The notes under the pieces: generated by a model
What the model saw: only the letters and a program-made list of their open reading frames with translations
What the model was told of the DNA's origin: nothing
Database searches by the model: none
Shown: positions 12,827 to 23,192 of the stretch, one piece after another
How positions within the stretch are numbered: position 1 is the stretch's first letter
Layout: every line of letters starts with the position of its first letter
NCBI GenBank assembly: GCA_038087875.1
Contig: CM075991.1
Span: 5,394,001 to 5,458,000 of the forward strand
Source: Malacoraja senta
Taxonomy: Eukaryota
DNA: 64,000 bases
Reading direction: 5' to 3'
Made by a program: the position numbers and the translations under genes

Positions 12827-14487
12827 CTGCCATTTACTCTATGTGTTCTGCCAGCATTTGATACGCCATAGCGCATTACCTCACACATGCCTGGATTATT
12901 AATTATGGCAAGAAAAGTGATTTAAAAACATGTAGACTGCATCCTTTAATGGCCTAAGCATGGAATACAAGAACTGGGATGTTATCAAAACCGCATGCCA
13001 CATTATGGACATGCACCTGAATTGACAAGGCATAAAAGGCGACAGACCTAGGACTGGTAAATGGGATTAGTACAGATGTGCAATGGTTGGCATGAATATG
13101 GCAAGCCAAAGGACCTAGTATATCCAACATTAATTGGGCTATAGCTTCAGCACTGGGTATGACTCGAATCACCGTATTGTAGGAAAGTTGTAATTGCATT
13201 GAGAAGGTGCAGAGAAGATTGACAAAGTGTTGTTAGGAGAAAAAATATACCTATGAGAATAAACTGGATGCACATCAGCTGTTTTCTTGAAACTTTTAAT
13301 TGACCTGCATAAAATTAGGAGTGGACGAGGCAGATTTAATAGAAAGGTCCCGTAGATTACAGGTGAAAGCTTACAGATAATGCTGGGAGGAAATGTAATG
13401 AGAAAGATTGAAGGAAATGTATCAATACTACAGCCTTACTAATGGGAGGCTGTTCAATCTACCGTAGCCACACTATAGAACTACGATCACCCAAACTCAG
13501 CAACTGCACAATACATACGATGCTTGTATTTGCTCACTTGGTATCAGAGCTCCATCAACATCAAATCAGTCAGCTGAAGCGTACCAGAGGGTCTTTTGCA
13601 CAACATATACAGGTTAAAGATCCTCAACCAATCTACCCCTGCTTTACAACACTGCCTCTGAAATACAGATGCAGTCTTGAAACATGGAGAAGAGTCTTTT
13701 ACCCAGCGTAGGGGAATTAAGAAGCAGGAGACATAGGTTTAAGCTGAGAGAAGAAACTAATAGGTATCTGAGGGGTAACCTTTTCACCCAGAGGGTTGTG
13801 GATACATGGAACAAGCTGCCACAGAGGCAGGTAGGATAACTGCATTTAAAAGGCATTTGGACAGTACATGAATAAGAAAGGTTTAGGGAGATATGGTCCG
13901 AACACAAGAAGGTGGGACCAGGGTAGATGGGGCATTTTGGGCAAGTTGGGCCTGTTTCCATCCTGTTTGACTCTATATCATCTATGGCCTCATTGGCCAC
14001 CTTACAACCCTCAGACTGGACTGGTAGTAAATTACCCTTAAACCCGATGGACTATTTCAGAAGAAGATACAGGAAGGATGTATTACTCTTAGTAGAAGGC
14101 TCAAAAATAAAGAACCCAAACGTCTGATGCAAGGATGAAACAGGAGATGAGGAAAACCATTTTCACCCAAAGGATAGTGAGGTTGTGAAGTCACTATCTG
14201 AAAGGATGGTAGAAGCAAGAACAATACATACATTTAAAGAGTAATTGGATGTGTACTAAAAAAGCTACAACCAACTGAGATACAGACCAATTGATGGAAG
14301 GTAGGAACAGGCCAGGGAACCCTTTACTGACCGGCACAGATGTGACAAACTAAAAGGCATCCAGTGTTGTAAATTTTCTGTAATTTTCTAGGTTTGAATT
14401 TACGTGCCATTCTGCTGACACAACAAAGCTCATGTCAGTGATGACAGAAAAGACATAACCCCCATTCAAAATCCACATTTATAGCCT

Positions 14488-14745
14488 TATCTTCTTGGCT
14501 AGCTCCTCAGGATCAAGGATGACTTATTTGCACTCTGGTAGATGGGCTATGACGTGGTTATCAAGGACAAAGTGCGCAGCCTCTTCCATAGATAGGGCAG
14601 GCTTTGGCCGACAGAGGTGGGCAGGTGGTGAGGTGGACCACTACACATATGGAGCGGAGCCTTTGTGCATCCAGGCTTCATTGTCTTGAAATTCTCAATA
14701 CTGTCCCAATGCTCCTTCTCCACTTTGAGCACTCATGGCATCCGT
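14488..14745 (-). mobile_element. RTE-like LINE 3' fragment
   Basis: Minus-strand tail AGTCATCCTTGATCCTGAGGAG..CCAAGAAG. A related copy lies at 48585-49010. Confidence 0.5.
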
Positions 14746-15654
14746 AAGACAAAGGTCCTCGATCAACTTGGCCCCTGATAATAAAGGGTCAAGCTGACAC
14801 CTTTCAGAACATGGACCTCTCTCTATATCTTGGGTTCCATTTCAAGAAAGATAGAAAAAAAGATGATATTCACCAATGCCTTCAATGTTGATTGGCGTTT
14901 GAACATTAAAACCACAGACTTGGCACAATCCTCAGTCTATCAGACAACAGCGATCCCTGCTCTATTAAAATTATTATCTGAAACCTGGATTTCCGAGAGC
15001 AGGCATCTCAAGGTGCCGAAAACAAAATGCCAGTGATACTTAATGCACTATTACAGGCAACACCTCAAACATCAAAAGTAGAAAACAATATATCTTCCTC
15101 TTTCTTCACATACGATGAATATGTCCACTAATCAAGTTAACAACATCCATTTGGTTGTTCTGCATAGTCCTTGTGGGGTAATTCCAATGTAGGTTAAAGT
15201 ATACGTTTGTGAACTGTTGTCCAAACAATTCAAAATGTTTGTTTAGTTCTTGGACAATCTCATCAAATTACCTTGCAAATGAGAGCATTATTACTATTGA
15301 CAGTAAGAAATGATGTACAGACCACTCCACTAAGACTGCACCTCATCTTCAGAAGTGCTTTCCCCAAGATCCGAGGGGTTAGTCAATGGTTCAATTGTAC
15401 TTTATTGTCACATGTACCCAAGTACAATGAATACTACACATTAGGCACAATCATATTAAGTATGAGAGCAGTCACCACATTTTTGGTGCCATCCTGTAAC
15501 CTTCAAAATCTTTTTTTTGGGGGTACATGTTGGAGTCTTAACTTGGCCATAAAAGCCCATTGTCCTGGCCCCTCTTCCAACCCGCCGAGCAAAGTAAAGC
15601 ACTGTCCCTCCCTTCCTAAAGTATCGTGCCCCCCTCCACGTCATTGTAATACAC

Positions 15655-15722
15655 TGTCCCTGTCCCCTGTCCCCTGTCCCCTGTCCCCTGTCCCCTGTCC
15701 CCTGTCCCCTGTCCCGTCCCCT
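15655..15722. repeat. (TGTCCCC)n heptamer tandem repeat
   Basis: Seven perfect units from 15661, plus partial units. Confidence 0.95.
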
Positions 15723-16109
15723 CTAGGGAGTCTGCGCCTTCCTCTTCCTCTTTCCGCCCCCCCCCCCATCCTAAACGCAGAACCCAGCTGGAGGCCCTGA
15801 GTTAAGGACACGCCCTCTGATATATCTTCCCTCCCTTACGACTCTCCCCCCACCCCGAGTCTACCACCCGCCCTACACTGTAAACCCCTCGCCACTACTA
15901 CCCCTCCCAGCATGAAGCGAGGGACGGCCCTTCTCTTCGCTTCTATCCCCTCACCCCCCACCTCGGGCCGGGACAGCGGCTCCGCTCTCCCCTCGCACAG
16001 TTAGACTACCCGGCCCGTGTCGCTTCTCGTCCCCACCACCCCTCGGCTCGTCCCAGCCGGGCCTGGCCTGGCCTGACCGGACCGGACCGGACTCACCAGC
16101 TCATCCTGC

Positions 16110-16144
<35 letters not shown>

Positions 16145-16290
16145 CCCGCCGCTCCGCCCCCCCGCCCGTCGCTGCCGTCAGCGCGTCACCCGCGGACGGG
16201 GTCAGAGGGCACAGGGTCGCCGCCGATGACGCGCCGGGCCCCAGTTGCCATGGCAGCCGCTCCATCCGTGCTCAGCATCAGCCCTGGTTC
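15700..16290 (-). promoter_or_regulatory. BIN3 CpG island and promoter, with GC boxes, CRE half-sites and an X-box-like palindrome
   Basis: High GC and CpG around exon 1. CCGCCCC at about 16154, TGACG at 16227, GTTGCCATGGCAGC at 16244-16257. Confidence 0.8.
16097..16104 (-). CDS. BIN3: Bridging integrator 3, coding part of exon 1 (8 nt)
   Basis: ggcaggATGAGCTG|gtgagt gives M-S-W(split), the BIN3 N-terminus. Canonical donor inside a CpG island. Confidence 0.88.
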
Positions 16291-16304
16291 TCCAACTAGT
16301 TTCA

Positions 16305-16930
16305 CCGAAGAAGGGTCTCGACCCCAAACGTCACCCACTCCCTCTCTCCAGAGATGCTGCCCGTCCCACTGAGTCACTCCAGCATTTTGTCCACACGGTT
16401 TAAATCAGCATCTGCAGTTCCTTCCTGCTAGTTTCACTGCCCTCCTGGTTAATTTTACTCCCTGTCACCTTCCACTTCTTCTTCTTTCGTGTGGCGTGCA
16501 CAGCCTAAAGTTGGAGGACAACTTGTTCTATTTGATCTTCTGTTTGTGCACGTCGAGTTGATTGCATTCGTCGAAACAGGGAAGGTTGCAATCTTCCACC
16601 CCACCTTCCTCTCAGCCAACGACGTTTTCCTTGATCAGCGTCTGTTTTGATCTGTCGTGTTCACACTTCACGCATCCACATGTCTCCAGTCTCCCTCTCC
16701 CCTCACTCTCAGTCTGAAGAAGGGTCTCGACGCGAAACTTCACCCATTCCTTCACTCCAGAGATGCTGCCTGTCCCGCTGAGTGTCTCCAGCATTTGTGT
16801 CTATCTCAAGTTTCCTTCTCCCCAGACCTTCCACTGAAGAAGGGTCTCGACATGAACCATCACCTATTCCTTCTCTCCAGAGATGCTGCCTGACCCGCTG
16901 AGTTACTCAGGCATTTTGTGTCTATCTTAA
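16305..16930 (+). mobile_element. Three tandem Penelope pLTR-derived units
   Basis: GAAGAAGGGTCTCGAC..AAAC..CACC..TCCAGAGATGCTGCC at about 16305, 16714 and 16834. Confidence 0.75.
16474..16602 (-). mobile_element. Short (GAA)n-tailed retroposon with an internally deleted HDV-like ribozyme head
   Basis: TSD (C)ACCTTCC at 16466-16473 and 16602-16609. Tail CACACGAAAGAAGAAGAAG. Head GGGGTGG AA GATTGCA ACC TTC CCT G TTTCGA CGAA TGCAATC. Confidence 0.75.
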
Positions 16931-17785
16931 GAGTTAATGGTGTTTTTTTCCTGGACTTGGCTCAGCTTCGTGCACCTCCAAAGCCGAAGAACCAAAGCGA
17001 TTTGTGGGAAATCATTTTATTCTTCCTCCGTGATCTACAGTGCGCTGAATGCAAAGGCACATGAATCGGAATCAAAGGGAACTTTTCAAAGGGAATTGGA
17101 TAAAGACTGGCTAAAGAAAGGGGTGTGTAGGAAGGAACTGCATATGCTGGTTTTCCAAAGATAGATGTACTGCAGCAAGTATCCCAATCAGTTGCCTGGA
17201 ACGGCAGTTCCAACACACAGGAACGGAAGAGGCTGCAGAGAGTGGTGGTCTCAGCCTGGTCCATCACCGTAACAGATGTCTCCACCTTCGAAAACATCTA
17301 CATGAGATGCTGCCTCAAAAAGGTGGCATCTGTCAACAAGGTTCCCAACCAATAGGTTAAGGTCCTCTTCTCGCTACTGCCTTCAAGCAAGAGGTACAGA
17401 AGCCCGAGGTCACACACCACCAGGTTCAGGAAGAGCTACCTTCCTACAACTATGGATAGGGAAGATTTAGAAAGATATGGGCCAAATGCAGGCAGGTGAA
17501 ATGGAGCATCTTGGTTGGCATGGGCAAGTGGCCTGTTTCCGTGCTGTTAATTGAATTGTTTAAATTAATTTAAACAATGAACCTGGATTAAACTAGAGTA
17601 CATTTCTGTTAATCTAGCACTGTGAAGGAACCGAGACTTGGGTGAGTGGAAAGGAGCAAGGGGTGGCCACGGCCTGGTCCATCACAAGTACTAACCTCCC
17701 ATCATCGAAGGGATCTATAGAAGGGATCTGCTTCAAAAAAGGCACTCATGTTTTTTTTTATTTAGTGAACTTTTTTGGTTTATGA

Positions 17786-18119
17786 TGGCGCAATGGGCTA
17801 AGTGTTCGGCTGGCAACCGGAAGGTAGCCGGTTCGAATCCTGCTTGGAGTGCATACTGTCGTTGTGTCCTTGGGCAAGACACTTCACCCACCTTTGCCTG
17901 CGTGTGAATGTGTATGAGTGATTGGTGGTGGTCGGAGGGGCCGTAGGTGCAGATTAGCAGCCACGCTTCCGTCAGTCTGCCCCAGGGCAGCTGTGGCTAC
18001 AGAAGTAGCTCACCACCACCGAGTGTGACTGAGGTGTGAATGAATAATGCGATGTAAAGTGCCTTGAGTATTAGAAAGGCGCTATATAAATCCCATCCAT
18101 TATTATTATTATTATTATC
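17786..18119 (+). mobile_element. tRNA-derived CORE-type SINE (AFC-like) with an L2-type tail
   Basis: A box TGGCGCAATGG, B box GGTTCGAATCC, CORE-like GTGTCCTTGGGCAAGACACTT, tail GTAAAGTGCCTTGAG..AAAGGCGCTATATAAAT(ATT)n. TSD TATGA. Confidence 0.85.
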
Positions 18120-18499
18120 TATGAGTTCTATACTTACAGACATGTTAGGCTGCTGCAAGTAAGAAATTCATTGCCAGAGGAGGTAGTTGAGGCTGGGACT
18201 ATCCCAACATTTAAGAAACTGTTAGACAGGTACATGGATAGAACAGGATTAGATGGCTATGGACCAAACACAGGCAGGTGGGACTAGTGTAGCTGGGACA
18301 TGTGTGGGAAAGTTGGGCCAAAAGGCCTGTTTCCACACTGTATCTCTATGACTCTAGGTGGGACTAGTGCAGATGGGACATGTTGGCCAGCGTGAGCAAG
18401 TTGGGCCAAAGGCTATGACATTATTGTTTCATTTTTGGTACATGTGACAATTAAACATTCTTGAGTTTTGGATTTACCATTGGAGAGAGAGTAAAACAG

Positions 18500-20095
18500 A
18501 TCCAAAATCACAGATGCTGGCACACTCCCAGAGATAGTGGCCAAGTGGAAGTGCGCTCCGAGACAGACAACAAACACACTCCCATGGTAATTGTGCAAAT
18601 GTTGACACATTCAGAAAGGGCAAAGCTCGATGACATATATCCAGAAACAGTTGTGAATACCAGTGAGAGAGAGAGATCATAAGTAACAGTAGACTTGCTA
18701 GATAAAGCGCAAACAGTGGCAAACGCCCAGAGAGAGGACAAACACTGGCACACTCTCGGGGGGAGGACAAACAATGGCGCACCCTCAGAGAGAAGTCAAA
18801 CACTGGCACAATCTCAGAAAGAGGACAAATACTGGCGGACACACAGAGGGAAGACAAACATGGTTGCACGCAAGAGGACAAACAATGGGGCACACCCAGA
18901 GGGAGGACAGACCAAAGGTACTAGAGGAGCCTCTAGTATCTTTGGGACAGACACTGGCACATGCATGGAGGGAGCACAGACTCTAGCGCACCCCAGAGGG
19001 AACATAGACACTAGCGCACCCCCAGAGGGAGGACAGACACTGGCACACTCCCAGAGGGATGACGAACACTGGCTCATTTCCCAGAGGGGAAACACAAATA
19101 CAATCCCCGAGATTGCAAATACCAGGACATTCAAAGGAAAAATGGTCACATTTCTGGCAAGTTCTCAGAAGGAGTCCCCCCCCCACAAATACTAACACAC
19201 TCCCATTTCATGAAAATACTGGCACATAATCATGGAATGGACAAAAGAATACTGACTCTGTAAGAGAAAACACACAGATACTGGCACACTCCCAGACTGT
19301 GACCACAAACACTGACACAATCCCAGATAAAGACCACAATTACTTGCACATTCATAGAGAGACCGCAAATACTAGAAGACTCCAAGAAAGACTGTGAATG
19401 TACATGTCCTTCCAGGAAGAGCACATAGGTTGATAAACGCTCAGCGGGTGTGTGTGAATGCCAAAACACTCCCGGAGGGTGTGAGTTAAAACAAACACTC
19501 CAAAGGTAATATGTAGGTACTGACACATTCCAGGAGAGGGTGCAAATATTAGCAATTCCAACAGTGATCCCGGAAGTACGGGCACACTGCCAGGAAAAGA
19601 CCACAACTATTCACATACACACATTGGAGGGACTGCAAATACTGAACACGCCCAGTGCAGATGTGTAAATAGTGACACACTCCCTTAAGATGTGCACAAG
19701 TACCGACTTACTCCAGAGAGTGGGCAGGTACTGGCACACTTCCACAGCGTGGGCATGTATGCTGCAACAGAGTGGATGACTACTGACATATTCGCAGAAA
19801 GGCAGCACAAATGCTGCCAAACATCTCAAAGCAGCCAATTGCCGACACATTTCCAAAGCAAGTGTTCAAATACTAACACACACTCAAATACTAACAAGCT
19901 CTCCTGGAAAGAACCCAACAAGACAATCGCACTTCTGGAGAGAAATTGCAAATACTATCACATTCCTGGTTGGACTGTAAATTAAGACAAACTGCTGGAG
20001 AGAATTCACACTGACTTACTGACTTACCTCATGGTGTGAAAGAATGCTGATATTCCTGGAGGGTGCGCATAAATGTTGACACACCCTTAGTATGT
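18500..20095. repeat. Decayed minisatellite array with a period of about 29 bp (resumes at about 21370-21490)
   Basis: Consecutive units such as CAGAGAGAGGACAAACACTGGCACACTCT, CGGGGGGAGGACAAACAATGGCGCACCCT and CAGAGAGAAGTCAAACACTGGCACAATCT. Confidence 0.8.
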
Positions 20096-20110
20096 GTGAA
20101 TAAATAAAGT

Positions 20111-20324
<214 letters not shown>

Positions 20325-20329
20325 ATGTA

Positions 20330-20987
20330 CCAGACTAAGTGGGACCCGTTGGGTCCCATGTTCACATGAACGGCTGGTCCCCCAATGCAATATTCCACCT
20401 CTCCTCTAATTCCAATATTGCTGGCCAGGGGGGAGGGGGGGGGGGTTCTGGAGCGCTAGTGTGGGTGTTATGGGCCGAAGGGACTGGTTTCCAGAGGGCT
20501 AGTATGGACATTGTGGGCCGAATGGATTCTTGGGCTGGCAGCTCAGTCACTCAGGCCTGGTGGGCTGGCAGCTCAGTCACTCAGACCTGATGGGCTGGCA
20601 GCTCAGTCACTCAGGCCTGGCCGAAGTGACAAAAAAAGTGATTCACAGCTTAGAATCCCAGTTGTGGCCTCTCCCTCGCGATCTTCCAGAGTGACTGACT
20701 CATGTCCAGGCATCCAGGGTTTTATAGTCCTGCCCCCCACAGAAGGAGCGTTATCTTCATCATGGTGATTGACAGGTGAGAGGACCAATCAGCTGATCTC
20801 AAGATTTTTTAAACATTCATAACTTTTTTCTTTTTCATCGATCTGAAAAATCCTCTGAGCTGCCTCAGCGGAGGAGGACTGTGAGTAAGATGGCCAAAAA
20901 TCATAGCGATATATGGTAGCATTTTTTCTAAAATCAATATACAGCGCAGACAGGAAGTGGTCAAGATGAGACTTTTAGTTATATAGA
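20330..20987 (-). mobile_element. Complete non-autonomous Helitron-like element
   Basis: Minus strand A|TCTATATAAC... hairpin GGGACCC-AAC-GGGTCCC (20341-20357) ...CTGG|T. Inserted at an AT site with no TSD. Contains 3 x 30-bp internal repeats. Confidence 0.82.
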
Positions 20988-21000
20988 TTAACACAAAAAG

Positions 21001-21325
21001 GGCAGCCACAGTGGCGCAGCGGTAGAATTGCTGTCTTACAGCACTTGCAGCGCTGGAGACCCGGGTTCAATCCCGACTACAGGTGCTGTCTGTGCGGAGT
21101 TTGTACATTGTCCCTGTGACCGCGTGTGTTTTCTCCAAGATCTTCGGTTTCGTCCCACACTCCAAAGAAGTACACGTATTGTATGTAGGTTAATTGGCAT
21201 GGTGTATGTGTAAATTGTCCCTAGTGTGTGTAGGATAGTGTTAATGTGGGGGGGATTGCTGGTCGGTACGGACTCGATGGGCCGAAGAGCCTGTTTCCGT
21301 ACTGTATATCTAAACTAAACTAAAC
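21001..21325 (+). mobile_element. HE1-like V-SINE, full length (other copies at about 23782-24091 -, 26350-26560 -, 26752-27010 -, 27065-27285 +, 28660-28960 -, 38848-39140 -, 54405-54732 -)
   Basis: tRNA head (GTGGCGCAGCGGTAG, GGTTCAATCCC), V-domain (GGAGTTTGTACATT..CCCACACTCCAAAGA), CR1-like tail GGGCCGAAG..CCTGTTTCC and (CTAAA)n. Confidence 0.85.
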
Positions 21326-22144
21326 ATGTGCATAACACATGTGTTTATATATGTATATATTAACAAGTGTTAATCTACTCCCAGAGTGGGCACAAATGCT
21401 GCCACACTTCCAGACAGACTGTGAAAATACACATTCTGGCAACTTACAATCTCCAGAACTTTTGTAAATGATAAATACACCTTCCGAGAAGTTTTATTAC
21501 ACAAAGCTGTTTTCTATGCATTTTGCAATGAAACAGGATAAAGGACGTTCATATATAACAAGTAGGATCAGGAGAAGACCATTCTGCCTTCATGCCTGCT
21601 TTGATATTCAATAAGAATTTAAATATTTCATTTCACTGCAGGTAAGAATTTCATTGTTCCATTTCAGCACATATGACAATAAAACACTGTTAACTCTCGC
21701 TTGAGATCATGAATGATCTTATGCTTCAGGGCTACTTTCCTGTGTTAATCCATGTCCCTTCATTTCCAGAGTCTCCAAACAAATCTCAATCTCTTTTTTT
21801 GAATATACTCAATGACCTTGGTGGGTATATAGAACAAGCTACTAGAGGAGATAGTTGTGGCAGGTGCTATAAAAGACACTTGGATAGGTACATGGATAGG
21901 ATATGGCCCAAATGCTAGTTAATGGGACTAGCGTAGATGGAGCATCTTGGTGGCATGAATGAGTTGGGACATTGGACCTGTTTCCTTGCTGAATGATTCT
22001 ATGATTCTATGGCACTGGTCACATAATCATTCATTACATTCATAATCACTACTCCCCACTCCCCACCTTTCATCAGTCGCTATCCCAGAAATTAATATGG
22101 TAAACCTTTGTGGTATCCTGACTATGTTAGAGGGTAGCTGAACA

Positions 22145-23192
22145 CAGTTCCAGCTCCATCTTTCAATTTGCTGATGACTCCACCGTCGTCATTAGCACCA
22201 TTGCTCTCAATGTCAGTAAGACCATGGAGTTGATTGTTGACTTTAGAAGAGGAAAGCACAGGAACCACAAATTGTCTTCATTGAGGAGGTCAGAGGTGGA
22301 GAGAGTCAATAACAGTTGCAGGGCATGCATTTCTCTGAAGGTCTGTTGTGGACCCAGCACATTGATGCGATCATTAAGAAAGCCCAACAACATCTCTATT
22401 TCCTCAGAAGATTGAGGAGATTCGGTATGTCAATGATTACTCTCTTGAACTTATATTGGTGTATGGTGGAGAACATATTTACTGGTTGCATCATGGCCTG
22501 GTTCGGCAACTTGAACCCCCAGGAACGAAGGGGATTAAAAAAGTAATGAACACTCACAGGGCATGGGTACTGTCCTCCCCACTATAGAAGAGATCGCTAA
22601 GAAGTGCTGCCTCAAAAAGGCAGCCAGCATGATCAAGGACCCACATCACTCTCTTATTTCACTCCTGCCATCAGCAAGAAAGTACAGGATTCTGAAAACT
22701 GTGACTTCCAGGTTCAGGAACAATTTCTTTCCAAGAACTATCTAGCTATTGAACACTACAAACACCAGCAAAACGTTGAACTACGAAATGTCTTGGTTGC
22801 ACTACGGACTTTGGACATTTGTGATGCACTGATATTGTTTTTTTTTTATTTATTGAACTTTTTTTTTGTTTGTTTATCATGTTATCTATTGAGCACTGTG
22901 TTTACGGACCTGTTGTGCTGCTGCCTGTCCCACTTGGGCGTCATTTGCGCGTCATTTACGCGACATCCTAAAAATTGGTTGGCGCGTCGTGATGTGCGCG
23001 TAAAACGAGCATGATGCACACATGGCGCGTGGTGAGGCGTGGTGGCATATGCAGTGACGCGCGGTAGCGCGCGGCCCCCCAGGATTTTGGGATGCTCAAT
23101 ATCCACGCTCGCCACCTGCGTGATGCGCAAATAACGCCCAAGTGGGACAGGCCACTTGGTACATTTGACAATTCAAACACTCTTGACTTGAC
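22145..23192 (+). mobile_element. Decayed Rex1/Babar-like LINE 3' portion
   Basis: FADD at 22167-22178, ELIVDFRR, KKAQQHLYFLRRLRRF, and a TCTTGACTTGAC tail. Confidence 0.85.
22923..23152. mobile_element. MITE related to the 1592-1888 element, inserted in the LINE tail
   Basis: TIRs GCCTGTCCCACTTGGGCGTCATTTGCGC / GCGCAAATAACGCCCAAGTGGGACAGGC. Confidence 0.75.

Noticed and set aside
12339..12902. ORFs spanning the N run and the (GA)n tract
   Set aside because: Artefacts of the gap and the microsatellite.
16250..16375. Plus-strand GCCATGG as the start of a divergent gene
   Set aside because: The frame runs straight into a Penelope-derived repeat and stops, with no splice donor seen. The ATG is the centre of the X-box palindrome.
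18500..20095. Periodic repeats and multi-frame ORFs suggesting a CRISPR array or a repeat protein
   Set aside because: Units are contiguous and decayed, with no unique spacers and no cas genes, in vertebrate DNA. A 29-bp period breaks reading frames.
21001..21080. tRNA gene (also 17786-17845)
   Set aside because: The A/B boxes continue into SINE bodies and tails; these are SINE heads.
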